Assembly: GCA_043777795.1 (NCBI GenBank)
Contig: JAYWHJ010000090.1
Coordinates: 2,687-66,686 of the forward strand
Direction of reading: 5' to 3'
Length of the DNA stretch: 64,000 nucleotides
DNA from: Polaromonas sp.
GTDB lineage: Bacteria > Pseudomonadota > Gammaproteobacteria > Burkholderiales > Burkholderiaceae_C
The translations under genes and the position numbers were made by a program. Within the stretch, counting starts at the first letter, position 1, and each line of letters begins with the position of its first letter. Below, one piece after another: positions 9,776-19,698 of this stretch. The notes under the pieces were generated by a model. The model did not search any database, was not told where the DNA came from, and was given only the letters and a program-made list of their open reading frames with translations.

Positions 9776-10705
9776 ATGGATTTAACCGACGTGACCATTT
9801 TCTCGCGCGTGGCAGAGCTGGGCTCTCTGTCCGCAGTGGCGCGCGAGCGTGATGTACCTGTCAGCTTGGTGTCACGCGCCATCACCCGGCTGGAGGGCGC
9901 GCACAAGGTACGTTTGCTGCACCGCTCTACCCACAGCCTGTCGTTGACCGAGGCCGGGCAAGCGCTGTTGGAGCATGGCAAAAAGATGCTGCAAAACCTG
10001 GCCGATCTAGAGGCAGAGTTTTCATCCGGTCAAGCCGAAATCAGCGGCACGGTGCACCTGGGTGTGAGCCCGGCCATGGCACACTATGTCATCGTGCCCA
10101 GCATGCATGCGCTGGCCCAGCAGCACCCCTTGCTGCGCGTAGAGTTGCATGTGGACGACCGCCCGGTAGACATGGCACGCCACGGGCTGGACTTGGCCAT
10201 TCGCACCGGCCCATTGGGCTCTGATAATTTAGTTGCGCGGGTGATTGGCCAACATGGACGAGGCCTGTATGCCACCCCCGCTTATCTCCAAGCCCACGGC
10301 ACACCCCGCAGCGTAGCCGACCTGGATGCGCATCGCATTGTCACCAGCAGCACCGTGCCCAGTCTGAACCGCTGGCCGTTTATCGTGGACGGCCAGCCCA
10401 TGGTGGTCCAGCCGCGTGGCCACTACCGAGCCAGCTCCACCAGCACCATGATGGCCATTGCCCTGCAAAGCCTGGCCATGGTGCGCGGCAACACGGCGAT
10501 TTGCGAGCCCTTGGTGCGCAGCGGTCAGTTGCAATCGGTGTTGAGCGCTCTGGTGGACTCATCTGTGGTGCCCATCAACGCGGTAATGCTGCAAGAGCGC
10601 CACCGCAGCCCCAAGGTGCGCGCGTGCATTGACTTTTTTGCACAGTGGCTGCAAGGCAATGGCATGGAGATTGCGCCGAAGAAGAAGGCACAATCCAAGC
10701 TATGA
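9776..10705 (+). CDS. LysR family transcriptional regulator
   Basis: MDLTDVTIFSRVAELGSLSAVARERDVPVSLVSRAITRLE HTH plus LysR substrate domain. The stop overlaps the pgpA ATG (ATGA). Confidence 0.85.
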   Translation: MDLTDVTIFSRVAELGSLSAVARERDVPVSLVSRAITRLEGAHKVRLLHRSTHSLSLTEAGQALLEHGKKMLQNLADLEAEFSSGQAEISGTVHLGVSPAMAHYVIVPSMHALAQQHPLLRVELHVDDRPVDMARHGLDLAIRTGPLGSDNLVARVIGQHGRGLYATPAYLQAHGTPRSVADLDAHRIVTSSTVPSLNRWPFIVDGQPMVVQPRGHYRASSTSTMMAIALQSLAMVRGNTAICEPLVRSGQLQSVLSALVDSSVVPINAVMLQERHRSPKVRACIDFFAQWLQGNGMEIAPKKKAQSKL

Positions 10706-11250
10706 ATTTGCCAGAGCCTATTGCGCAGCCCGCCACCTCCCCGTCCGTTCGCCCCAGCATGCTGCGCCCCACCGCGCGTTTTATGCTCTCGCACCCCGCG
10801 CACCTCATCGCACTAGGCGGCGGCTCGGGCCTGTCGCGCTTTGCACCGGGCACCGCTGGCACCCTATGGGCTTGGGCGGCGTTTGTGGTGATGCAAATGT
10901 ATCTAAGCCCCACACAGATCGGCTGGGTGATCGCCGCGTCTTTGCCTATAGGTTGGTGGGCTTGCACTGTAACGGCCAAGCACATGCGCGTGATGGACCC
11001 AGGCAATATTGTGTGGGACGAGGTGGCTGCGTTTTGGATTATTTTGTGGATGATTGCACCCGCTGGCCTGTGGGCGCAGCTCATCGCGTTTGCCTTGTTC
11101 AGGTTTTTTGACGCGGTAAAACCTGGTCCGGTGGCTTGGGCAGACGGCCTGTTCAAGGGCTTTAACGCCAAAGCCGGTTTTGGCATCATGTTTGACGATC
11201 TGGTAGCCGCCGCCCTCACGCTGCTGGTCATTGCGCTGTGGAGGTTTTAA
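10702..11250 (+). CDS. pgpA: Phosphatidylglycerophosphatase A
   Basis: GGGSGLSRFAPGTAGTLWA...FRFFDAVKPGPV...GFGIMFDDLVAA motifs. Confidence 0.85.
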   Translation: MNLPEPIAQPATSPSVRPSMLRPTARFMLSHPAHLIALGGGSGLSRFAPGTAGTLWAWAAFVVMQMYLSPTQIGWVIAASLPIGWWACTVTAKHMRVMDPGNIVWDEVAAFWIILWMIAPAGLWAQLIAFALFRFFDAVKPGPVAWADGLFKGFNAKAGFGIMFDDLVAAALTLLVIALWRF

Positions 11251-11787
11251 ATGCCAAGTGTCGATAATGCACCTAATACGCTACTAAATAGTGAGCTGCT
11301 CCCGCAATATTCTATTGGGCTACTGGCTCAAAAGCTTAAGAAAGACGGCTACATGCTGGCTACGGCAGAAAGCTGCACTGGCGGCCTGATATCTGCCGCC
11401 TGCACCTCGCTGGCAGGCTCGTCCGACTGGTTCGAGCGCGGCTTCGTCACCTACTCCAACGATGCCAAGCACGAGCAACTGGGCGTAGATGCAGCGCTGA
11501 TTGCCGAGCACGGCGCAGTGAGCGAGCCGGTCGCCCGTGCCATGGCGTTTGGCGCCATCCGCCACTCCAAAGCACAGGTCAGCATCGCGGTCACTGGCGT
11601 GGCGGGGCCTGCGGGCGGCAGCGCTACCAAGCCGGTGGGCACGGTATGGTTTGGCTTCTCAGTCAACGGCGCGCTGCACAGCGAAGTGCAATGCTTTGCA
11701 GGGGACCGCGCCAGCGTGCGCGAAAAAACCGTGCGCCATGCGCTGCAGCGGGTGCTCGCGCTGTTGGAGGCGGATCCGCATGTTTAG
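11251..11787 (+). CDS. CinA-family nicotinamide-nucleotide amidohydrolase (PncC-like)
   Basis: ATAESCTGGLISAACTSLAGSSDWFERGFVTYSNDAKHEQLGV. The ATG directly follows the pgpA TAA. Confidence 0.85.
   Translation: MPSVDNAPNTLLNSELLPQYSIGLLAQKLKKDGYMLATAESCTGGLISAACTSLAGSSDWFERGFVTYSNDAKHEQLGVDAALIAEHGAVSEPVARAMAFGAIRHSKAQVSIAVTGVAGPAGGSATKPVGTVWFGFSVNGALHSEVQCFAGDRASVREKTVRHALQRVLALLEADPHV
11280..11329 (-). repeat. Family-A repeat copy inside the cinA 5' end
   Basis: GCTACTAAATAGTGAGCTGCTCCCGCAATATTCTATTGGGCTACTGGCTC. Confidence 0.7.
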
Positions 11788-11960
11788 GGTCTATATGAAA
11801 CCCCGTTGGTAGGGGAATTTGGTTTTAAGGCATTGGCAAGCGGGATGGGCCACTAGGTGGCTGTAAGCCTAGCTGCTCGGATTGGACGGCTGCGCGGCTA
11901 AGTGCACCGTCGGCCTGATCTCGTACCAAAGCAAAAAAAACCAAGCGAGCCAGACAAGGT

Positions 11961-12689
11961 CTATCCATTCTTTTTGTCCAACCAAAACCACAACGCCACT
12001 GCCAGCATCCACGTTGTCAAAACGCTCACCGCAATCGCCACCGGTACTTTGATAGCGATACCCAAGGCAGGCAAAAGCATAGCAAACAGCAACAAAGCCG
12101 ACACCATGCCCAAAGCAACCAACCAACGCGGCATAGTGCGCCGCGACCAAGCGCCCGTCATAGCAATGCCTACAGACAAAGCCATGAACAGGCTCACGCC
12201 CAATAACTCACCAATACCGCCGCCCCACACCGTGACGGCCTGAAACACCAACTCTATCGCGCTGCGCTGTGCCTCGGTGCCCTTGGCATGTTGCTGCGCA
12301 AACTCTGGCATCACGGTCAACCAGCGCAAAATGCCTACGCTGCGCGCCAGCACTGAGATGGCAGCAAAAGCTACGACCATCAATGCGCCCACCGAGGCCA
12401 AACTACCGTAAATACGCCGCGCTATCAGCACCATCGCGGGCAGCAGCAACACCGAATACAACAAATACACGCCGTAGCCGAAGGCCACAGCTTGCGGTGC
12501 GCGTGAAATCGCCGCCAGTTGGTCAGCAGCAGGATTGCGCAATGAAGCGGGCCAGCCGATTGCAGGCCCGAGAATGACCATGGGTGCAAAGGACAACACG
12601 CTGATGAGAATTAAGAACAACGAAACCGCCAAGGCATGGTTGCGTGTGAACGCGCTGTTTGCGGATGGGTTAGAAGCTAAGGTGGACAT
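11961..12689 (-). CDS. Multi-TM membrane protein (DUF4386-like)
   Basis: 242 aa, about 6 hydrophobic helices; family assignment from memory. Confidence 0.5.
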   Translation of the reverse strand: MSTLASNPSANSAFTRNHALAVSLFLILISVLSFAPMVILGPAIGWPASLRNPAADQLAAISRAPQAVAFGYGVYLLYSVLLLPAMVLIARRIYGSLASVGALMVVAFAAISVLARSVGILRWLTVMPEFAQQHAKGTEAQRSAIELVFQAVTVWGGGIGELLGVSLFMALSVGIAMTGAWSRRTMPRWLVALGMVSALLLFAMLLPALGIAIKVPVAIAVSVLTTWMLAVALWFWLDKKNG

Positions 12690-12748
12690 AGGAGGCTTTC
12701 AAGATTTAGTAAACAGGTTCTTTCTGCGTATCTGCCGTATTGCAAGCG

Positions 12749-13768
12749 CTAAGACTGCTCCAACACAGGCGAGGTTTCTTTGCTTGCACTTTGGATAGTG
12801 TTATGGGGTGCGTGCAGCTGGCGTAAAGCATGCTGTACCGCTTCGTCAATGGGGGTATGCGGCACGGTGCCCAACAGGCGCGCCAATTTGCTACCGTCCA
12901 AGGCATGCGGCGTTAACCACAAGTAACGCATCTCGGCGATCTCGCGCCACGCCGGCACCGCCCAGGCCAGCGCGCGGATCAATGGCCAGGGCATAGCCTG
13001 CACCTTCATAGCTTGCTCTGGCGGTAGCCAGCCAAGCTGCAACAAAGCCTTGCGCATCAACCGCTCCCAGTCCTCTCGGCGCAACTGGTAGCCTGCAAAA
13101 TGCAAAACTTCAAATACCGGGAGCTGGGCACGCTGCTGCGCAACTTGCACAAAGGTCTGGGCGAGGTCAGGCACATAGGCCCACGCAGTGCCAACGCCCA
13201 TCGGCCCGGCGTAGCCCATCCGGCCACGTGGCGCACCTTTGGCGACCAGTAGGTCAAACCAACTGCCGGTGCCACAGCCAAAAAAATCTCCCGCTCGGAT
13301 GACAATACTGCGCAGCCCTTGCGCCTTGGCCGCTTGCTCTAATAGGTGCTCCATGTCCACCCGAATACCACCTTTGACACTGCTAGGTTGCTGTGGCGTG
13401 GTTTCTTGCAAGAGCGCAGGCATACCCGCGCCAAAGTTGTACACATTGCCTGGAAGCATCAGCGTTGCTTTGTACTGCAGGCTCAGGTCGATCGCTGATT
13501 GCAGCAGGGGCAGCGCCTCGCTAGTCCAGCGGGTGTAGGTGGGGTTCAGGGCATGCACCACCACATCGACCTGGCCCAGCTGGCTGAACGCGGTTGGGTT
13601 GGCCATGTCCGCAGGCAACCACTGCACATTGGGTGGGTGCGGTTTTTCAGGTGGCTTGGCCTGCGCCCGCGTTTGCGTTATGACGCGCCAGCCTGCCGCA
13701 GCAAAGGCGGTGACCAACGCCGCGCCTAAGCGCCCGCGAGAACCCAAAACTAAAACAGTGTTTGCCAT
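12749..13768 (-). CDS. NAD-dependent epimerase/dehydratase (extended SDR) family protein
   Basis: N-terminal Rossmann VLVLGSRGRLGAALV, 339 aa. Confidence 0.6.
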   Translation of the reverse strand: MANTVLVLGSRGRLGAALVTAFAAAGWRVITQTRAQAKPPEKPHPPNVQWLPADMANPTAFSQLGQVDVVVHALNPTYTRWTSEALPLLQSAIDLSLQYKATLMLPGNVYNFGAGMPALLQETTPQQPSSVKGGIRVDMEHLLEQAAKAQGLRSIVIRAGDFFGCGTGSWFDLLVAKGAPRGRMGYAGPMGVGTAWAYVPDLAQTFVQVAQQRAQLPVFEVLHFAGYQLRREDWERLMRKALLQLGWLPPEQAMKVQAMPWPLIRALAWAVPAWREIAEMRYLWLTPHALDGSKLARLLGTVPHTPIDEAVQHALRQLHAPHNTIQSASKETSPVLEQS

Positions 13769-13892
13769 GCCGTACTCCGTAGATGCAATAGTTGCCTATT
13801 GTGTGAAGCTTTGGCTCACTACACAATTGCCTAACTGCACATACCAGAGTATCAAAAATGAATACCAGCGCAACTGCCGATAAGCTACTGAG

Positions 13893-14777
13893 TTAAAGCG
13901 CTTTAGGTATCGCCTTGGCCAGAAAGTCGTACACCGCACGTATGCGTTGGCTGGTGCGAATTTCGCGGTGCACCGTCAGCCATATGGGTAGAGGCGGTAT
14001 TTTCATCATCGGCAGCAAGGGCACCACCTGGTTGTCGGTGCGCGACATGAAGTCGGCCACAAAACCTATGCCCAAACCTGCTTGCACCGCGCGCCAGTAG
14101 GTCATGGAGTCGTCCGTACGAAAGGCAAAAAGTTCTTTGCTGACAGGGTATCCAAAGGCAGCAAAGCCCCGGATGATCTGATCGTTTTGATCGTCACCGA
14201 TCAACTCGTGGTTGAGCAAGTCTTCGAGCTGCTTGGGAATGCCGCGCCGCCTTAAATAGTCGTTGTGAGCACAGGCGCATACGGTGACTTCACCAATGCG
14301 TTTGGCAACCAAGCTGCTCTGGTCAGGCCGCGCCATCCGCAGCGCAATGTCAGCCTCGCGTCGCAGCAAATTGCTCACGGTGTCGCTGGCCAGAACTTCC
14401 ACCTGAATGTCAGGCAAAACCAAACGCATTTGGGCCAAAACACTTGGTAGCACAACGCAAGCCACCGTCTGGCTGGCGGTGATGCGCACCGTCCCGCTCA
14501 CATTCTTGGTCTCTGCAGAGGCGCTGCGCAGCAACTGGTTAGCCCCCGCCTCCATGGCGCGCGCCGAGTCTGCCAAGCGCTCCGCCATGTGGGTGGGCAG
14601 CAAGCCTCTACCGGTGCGCTCAAACAAAACCACATCCAGTTGCGACTCCAGTTCTGAAATATGGCGACCGATCGTTGGCTGGCTCACGTGGATAGCCCGC
14701 GCCGCAGCCAACAGGCTGCCGTGATCGAGGGCTGCCAAAAAAGAGCGAACCAAAGTCCAATCAAACTGGTTATTCAT
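13893..14777 (-). CDS. LysR family transcriptional regulator
   Basis: WTLVRSFLAALDHGSLLAAARAIHVSQPTIGRHISELE HTH. Confidence 0.85.
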   Translation of the reverse strand: MNNQFDWTLVRSFLAALDHGSLLAAARAIHVSQPTIGRHISELESQLDVVLFERTGRGLLPTHMAERLADSARAMEAGANQLLRSASAETKNVSGTVRITASQTVACVVLPSVLAQMRLVLPDIQVEVLASDTVSNLLRREADIALRMARPDQSSLVAKRIGEVTVCACAHNDYLRRRGIPKQLEDLLNHELIGDDQNDQIIRGFAAFGYPVSKELFAFRTDDSMTYWRAVQAGLGIGFVADFMSRTDNQVVPLLPMMKIPPLPIWLTVHREIRTSQRIRAVYDFLAKAIPKAL

Positions 14778-14792
14778 TTATGTAATTCTGAT

Positions 14793-14809
14793 ATTAGTAG
14801 ATAACTAAT
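14793..14809. promoter_or_regulatory. Candidate LysR box ATTAG-N7-CTAAT in a divergent promoter
   Basis: Perfect 5-7-5 palindrome between the LysR start (14777) and the divergent membrane-protein gene (14867). Confidence 0.35.
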
Positions 14810-14866
14810 TGTGTAAACCCGACTTCGTTTTGATAATACAGCACATCGACACACAAGGAAAGCCAA

Positions 14867-15721
14867 ATGATGCGCTCAGACAGCCCCGCCATGTATCTGC
14901 ACTCAAGCATGCCAACCAATCTACCCGCTCGTATGCGACAAGTAGCGGCACCTCTGTATTGGATCGGTTTGGCATTGTTGTTACTGTCGATTTCCACCCT
15001 GGCTTTGACACTGCTAGACGGTCGTCAACTTCAGGGCGTGAGTGTGTGGCTAAAGCCCTTCAAATTCCAACTCTCGACCGGCGTCTACCTGTTGACTCTA
15101 GCGCTCTGCATGGTCTGGTTACCCCCAGCGGCGTTGCACACCAAGACGGCGCGCTATGTCGTGTGGGCCGCCGTGGTGGCGGGCTTATTTGAGGTGGGTT
15201 ACATCACCTGGCAAGGCAGCCAAGGTCAGGCATCGCACTTCAATACCGCCACGCCATTTCTGGCCACCATGTACACCCTGATGGGCGTGGGCGCAGTGGT
15301 GCTGGCCAGCGCATCGCTGGCGCTGGGCGTGTTGATCAGCCGCAGCGCTTACGATCTGCAACCCGCTTTGAAGCTGGCCGTGGTGCTGGGTTTAGTGCTG
15401 ACATTTTTGATCGGTACAGGCTTTGGTGGCTATTTAAGCGCGCAGCACGCGGGCCATTGGGTTGGCGGCGCGCTGTCTGACAGCGGTGGCTTGCCGCTTT
15501 TCAAATGGTCGCGTAGCGGCGGCGATTTGCGTGTGGCGCACTTCTTTGGCATCCACGCCATGCACTTTATTCCCGCGTTTGCACTGGTGCTGGACTGGAC
15601 TCGCGTACCCCAAAAGACCGCAGTCCGGGCCGTATGGGTATTTGCTCTGATCTTTACCGCTTTTTGCATCTGGACTTTTGCGCAGGCTCGTAATGGGATG
15701 CCATTTTTAGCCGGAGTGTAA
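14867..15721 (+). CDS. Hypothetical integral membrane protein
   Basis: 284 aa, about 7 hydrophobic segments; AAGGAAA lies upstream of the ATG. Confidence 0.6.
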   Translation: MMRSDSPAMYLHSSMPTNLPARMRQVAAPLYWIGLALLLLSISTLALTLLDGRQLQGVSVWLKPFKFQLSTGVYLLTLALCMVWLPPAALHTKTARYVVWAAVVAGLFEVGYITWQGSQGQASHFNTATPFLATMYTLMGVGAVVLASASLALGVLISRSAYDLQPALKLAVVLGLVLTFLIGTGFGGYLSAQHAGHWVGGALSDSGGLPLFKWSRSGGDLRVAHFFGIHAMHFIPAFALVLDWTRVPQKTAVRAVWVFALIFTAFCIWTFAQARNGMPFLAGV

Positions 15722-15750
15722 ATTGATTTTTCACCCCCTTTTCCTCCACC

Positions 15751-16959
15751 ATGAAAGAAAACCTTATGCAACGCCGTAACTTTATTCGCGTCATCGGCGG
15801 CAGCACGATTGCTGCCGCCACTGTCACAACCGCTGCTCTCAGTGGCTGCGCTTCTGCCGGCGCCTACCCGGACGCAGCTGTGGAGGCCTGGCAAGGCCCA
15901 GGCAACGAGGCCGACCCACGCCGGCGCGCGTTGGCCTACGCCATCACTGCGCCCAACCCCCATAACCTGCAGCCCTGGCTGGTAGACCTGCGGGAACCCA
16001 ATGCGATCATTTTGAGAACCGATCCGCAACGCGTGCTGGCCGAGACTGATCCATTTGGGCGGCAAATTCTGATTGGCCATGGCGCATTTTTAGAGTTGCT
16101 GGTAATGGCTTTATCCAAAGAGGGCTTTGCTACGCAAGTCACTTTGTGGCCAGAAGGTGATCTGCCAGCCGATCTCAAAGTTTGGGATGCTCGACCCGTG
16201 GCGCGTATTGCGCTGAGCAAGAGCGCATCTACGGTAATGCAAGACAGCTTGTTTAACCAAGTTTTGAAGCGCCATACACCCAAGAGTGACTACGACGCGG
16301 CTCGCACTGTGAGCACGGCCACACTGCAAACACTGTTGGACAGTAGCAAGGTGGTCGGTATCGAAGTAGGCGGCACGGTGGACGCTGCCAAGTTGTCTGC
16401 TATGCGCGAAATGTGCTTTCAGTCGGCGCAGGTAGAGTTGTTAACACCTCGCACCTCAATGGAAAGCCTCAAACTTCTGCGTATCGGCCCGGATGAGATT
16501 CTCAAATACCGGGATGGTATTTCACTCAATAGCGGGTTTGTCCGATTTGCCAACGCCATGGGCCTGGTGGATAGAAACGCGCCGATGACTGAAGGCACCA
16601 CGGCCTACAAAAACGCCTTTAGCCGCTTCGAAGGTCACAGCCGCACCGCCATGGGTTTTGTGTGGCTGACCAGTTCGGGCAACACCCGCAGCCAGCAAAT
16701 TGAAGCAGGGCGCGCCTACGTGCGCTTGCAACTCAAAGCTACAGAGCTGGGTGTGGGCCTGCACCCCATGAGCCAAGCCTTGCAGGAGTTTGCTGAGATG
16801 AAACCGCACTACGAGAAAGTGCACCAATTGATTTTGGGCAGAAGTGCGCCGCGCAGTACGGGCGACGCAACGGTGCAAATGTTTTGTCGCATAGGCTATA
16901 CCGCTAGCCCAGCACCCGCCACACCCAGGCGCCCGCTGGAACGCTTTGTGCAAACCTAA
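15751..16959 (+). CDS. Tat-signal nitroreductase-like (Acg family) FMN oxidoreductase
   Basis: MQRRNFIRVIGG twin-arginine signal; LAYAITAPNPHNLQPWLVDL nitroreductase-like core. Confidence 0.6.
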   Translation: MKENLMQRRNFIRVIGGSTIAAATVTTAALSGCASAGAYPDAAVEAWQGPGNEADPRRRALAYAITAPNPHNLQPWLVDLREPNAIILRTDPQRVLAETDPFGRQILIGHGAFLELLVMALSKEGFATQVTLWPEGDLPADLKVWDARPVARIALSKSASTVMQDSLFNQVLKRHTPKSDYDAARTVSTATLQTLLDSSKVVGIEVGGTVDAAKLSAMREMCFQSAQVELLTPRTSMESLKLLRIGPDEILKYRDGISLNSGFVRFANAMGLVDRNAPMTEGTTAYKNAFSRFEGHSRTAMGFVWLTSSGNTRSQQIEAGRAYVRLQLKATELGVGLHPMSQALQEFAEMKPHYEKVHQLILGRSAPRSTGDATVQMFCRIGYTASPAPATPRRPLERFVQT

Positions 16960-17063
16960 GAGCGGCAGCGGCTTGGCCCACCCCGCATGATTCTCCAGAG
17001 TGACTCCCGCAGTGCCGATCATGCTGTACTCTACAGGTTTGAACAATTGCGGAGCACACTGCC

Positions 17064-17960
17064 ATGGCTTGGTTTGATGGATTTACGGCGCAAAAATTTG
17101 CGGTTAACGGCATAGAGATTTTTGCCCGCTTCGGCGGCGACCGCAGCAAACCCGCGCTGCTGCTCTTGCACGGCTTTCCGCAAAGCCATGTGATGTGGCA
17201 GCGGGTGGCGCAGTTGCTGGCCAAAGACTTCTTTTTAGTCATGCCCGATTTGCGCGGCTACGGCGACTCGTCCAAGCCCTTGGCCACGCCAGAGAACGCG
17301 CAGGCCAGCAAGCGGGTGATGGCGCAGGATATGGTCGATGTCATGACCTCATTGGGTGCAGAGCAGTTTTACCTGTGCGGCCATGACCGAGGCGGCCGGG
17401 TGGCGCACCGTTTGGCACTGGACTATCCTGCAAAGGTCAAAAAGCTCTGCGTGATCGACATCGCCCCCACGCTGGATATGTACAACGTGACCGACATGGC
17501 CTTTGCCCGCGCTTACTACCACTGGTTCCACCTGATCCAGCCCACCCCATTGCCTGAGCGGATGATCCACAGCGATTGGAAGAACTACCTGCACGCCAAG
17601 CTGGGCGGATGGGGCGGCGCGGGTGTAGGGTATATCGAGTCTGAGGCACTGGCCGAATATGAGCGCTGCTTTGCCCAAATGGCCACCACCCACGCCATGT
17701 GCGAGGACTACCGGGCTAGCGCAGGCATTGACCTGGCCCATGACCGCGCCAGTCGCGCCGAGAGCCAAAAGATCGCCTGCGACACCTTGGTGCTGTGGGG
17801 CGAGCGCGGGGTGGTGCAGCGCATGTTCCAGCCGCTGGCGCTGTGGCAAGCGCAGTGCAGCGCTACCGTGACTGGCCAGCCAGTGCCTGCGGGCCACTTT
17901 ATACCGGAAGAGTTGGTGCAAACCACCGCCGATCAGCTGTCGCTTTTCTTCAAAACTTGA
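17064..17960 (+). CDS. Alpha/beta hydrolase, haloacetate-dehalogenase-like
   Basis: LLLLHGFPQSHVMWQRVA...PDLRGYGDSSKP...LCGHDRGGRVAHRLALD. Confidence 0.7.
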   Translation: MAWFDGFTAQKFAVNGIEIFARFGGDRSKPALLLLHGFPQSHVMWQRVAQLLAKDFFLVMPDLRGYGDSSKPLATPENAQASKRVMAQDMVDVMTSLGAEQFYLCGHDRGGRVAHRLALDYPAKVKKLCVIDIAPTLDMYNVTDMAFARAYYHWFHLIQPTPLPERMIHSDWKNYLHAKLGGWGGAGVGYIESEALAEYERCFAQMATTHAMCEDYRASAGIDLAHDRASRAESQKIACDTLVLWGERGVVQRMFQPLALWQAQCSATVTGQPVPAGHFIPEELVQTTADQLSLFFKT

Positions 17961-18048
17961 GGAAAAAAACGCCACACTTTGGGCTCTATCGGGCACTTTC
18001 TACACGTTTGCTTAGGCCGAAAACCGGTTTTACAGTTAGCATGCGGGC

Positions 18049-19695
18049 ATGATTGCAGACAAAATTGCCAAGGCGAATGCCTATTTTCCCGTCCGCTACA
18101 CGGCCTTTGGACTGTGTATTTTTGGTGCCCTGCTCAGCCTGTTCAGCATCGTGGTCTTTGGTGTCGGCTGGTTATGGGGCTTGGTATTTATAGGGCTTAG
18201 CGGGCTGGGAGTAAGGGACCTGCGCCAGAGCAGGCATGCCATTTTGCGCAACTACCCCGTGATTGGTCATGTGCGCTTTTTGCTGGAATACATTCGCCCT
18301 GAAATGCGGCAGTACTTTCTGGAGAGCGACAACGATGCTGCGCCCTTCTCGCGCTCGCAACGCTCGCTGGTTTATGCGCGCGCTAAGGGAGAGCCCGATA
18401 AAAGGCCGTTTGGCACCCAGCTGGATGTAGGCGCTGAGGGCTACGAGTGGATCAATCATTCCATCGCGCCCACCAAGCTGGCCACGCACGACTTTCGCAT
18501 CCCCGTAGGCTTGGTCGCAAATGGCTGCAGCCAGCCGTACCAGATGAGTGTGTTCAACATCTCGGCAATGAGTTTTGGCGCGCTGAGCGCTAACGCTATT
18601 TTGGCCCTCAATCAGGGTGCCAAGCGCGGCGGCTTTGCGCACGACACGGGCGAGGGATCGATCAGCGCTCATCACCGCTTGCATGGTGGCGATTTGGTGT
18701 GGGAGGTAGGCTCAGGCTACTTTGGGTGCAGGAACGAGGACGGCACGTTCAACGCCGACAAGTTCTCCACCAATGCCAAAGATCCGCAGGTCAAAATGAT
18801 TGAGCTCAAGCTCAGCCAAGGCGCCAAGCCAGGCCATGGCGGCGTTCTGCCAGGCCCCAAGGTCACCGCCGAAATTGCGGCTGCGCGCGGCGTGCCAGTG
18901 GGGGTGGACTGTGTGTCACCCGCCGCGCACAGTGCCTTTAGTACACCCACAGAGATGATGCACTTCATCGCCAGGCTGCGCGAACTCTCCGGCGGCAAGC
19001 CGATTGGTTTTAAGTTGTGCATTGGCCACCCGTGGGAGTGGTTCGCCATCGTCAAGGCCATGCTGGCCACGGGCATTACGCCGGACTTTATTGTGGTGGA
19101 CGGAGCGGAAGGCGGCACCGGCGCTGCGCCGCTGGAGTTTACCGACCACGTAGGCGCTCCACTGCAAGAAGGGCTGCTTTTGGTGCACAACACCCTGCAA
19201 GGGGTGAACCTGCGTAGTCGAATACGCTTGGGCTGTGCAGGCAAGGTAGTCAGCGCCTTTGACATTACCCGCATGATGGCATTGGGAGCAGACTGGTGTA
19301 ACTCCGCCCGTGGCTTTATGTTTGCGCTGGGTTGCATTCAGGCTCAGGCCTGCCATACCGGCAACTGCCCCACGGGAGTGACCACCCAAGACCCGCACCG
19401 CCAAAAGGCGCTGCATGTGCCCAGCAAGGCGGACAGGGTGTACAACTTTCACCAACAAACCCTGCACGCGTTGCAAGAGATAGTGCAGGCTGCGGGCCTG
19501 ACGCACCCCGGCGCCATTACTGCCCACCATATTGTTCGTCGTTTGGACGATAACCAAGTGCGTTTACTGGCTAATCTAGTGCCGCAAATGCCAGCGGGCG
19601 GCTTGCTGGAGGGCGTGCTGAGCGAGCAGCACAATGTGTTCAAGCAGTACTGGCCGCGCGCGCAAGCCGACAGCTTTTCGGCGGCGTCAGTCTAA
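18049..19695 (+). CDS. FMN-binding glutamate synthase family protein (GltB domain-2-like)
   Basis: RNYPVIGHVRFLLEYIRPEMRQYF, ISAMSFGALS and GAEGGTGAAP motifs after N-terminal TM helices. Confidence 0.8.
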   Translation: MIADKIAKANAYFPVRYTAFGLCIFGALLSLFSIVVFGVGWLWGLVFIGLSGLGVRDLRQSRHAILRNYPVIGHVRFLLEYIRPEMRQYFLESDNDAAPFSRSQRSLVYARAKGEPDKRPFGTQLDVGAEGYEWINHSIAPTKLATHDFRIPVGLVANGCSQPYQMSVFNISAMSFGALSANAILALNQGAKRGGFAHDTGEGSISAHHRLHGGDLVWEVGSGYFGCRNEDGTFNADKFSTNAKDPQVKMIELKLSQGAKPGHGGVLPGPKVTAEIAAARGVPVGVDCVSPAAHSAFSTPTEMMHFIARLRELSGGKPIGFKLCIGHPWEWFAIVKAMLATGITPDFIVVDGAEGGTGAAPLEFTDHVGAPLQEGLLLVHNTLQGVNLRSRIRLGCAGKVVSAFDITRMMALGADWCNSARGFMFALGCIQAQACHTGNCPTGVTTQDPHRQKALHVPSKADRVYNFHQQTLHALQEIVQAAGLTHPGAITAHHIVRRLDDNQVRLLANLVPQMPAGGLLEGVLSEQHNVFKQYWPRAQADSFSAASV

Positions 19696-19698
19696 CTT

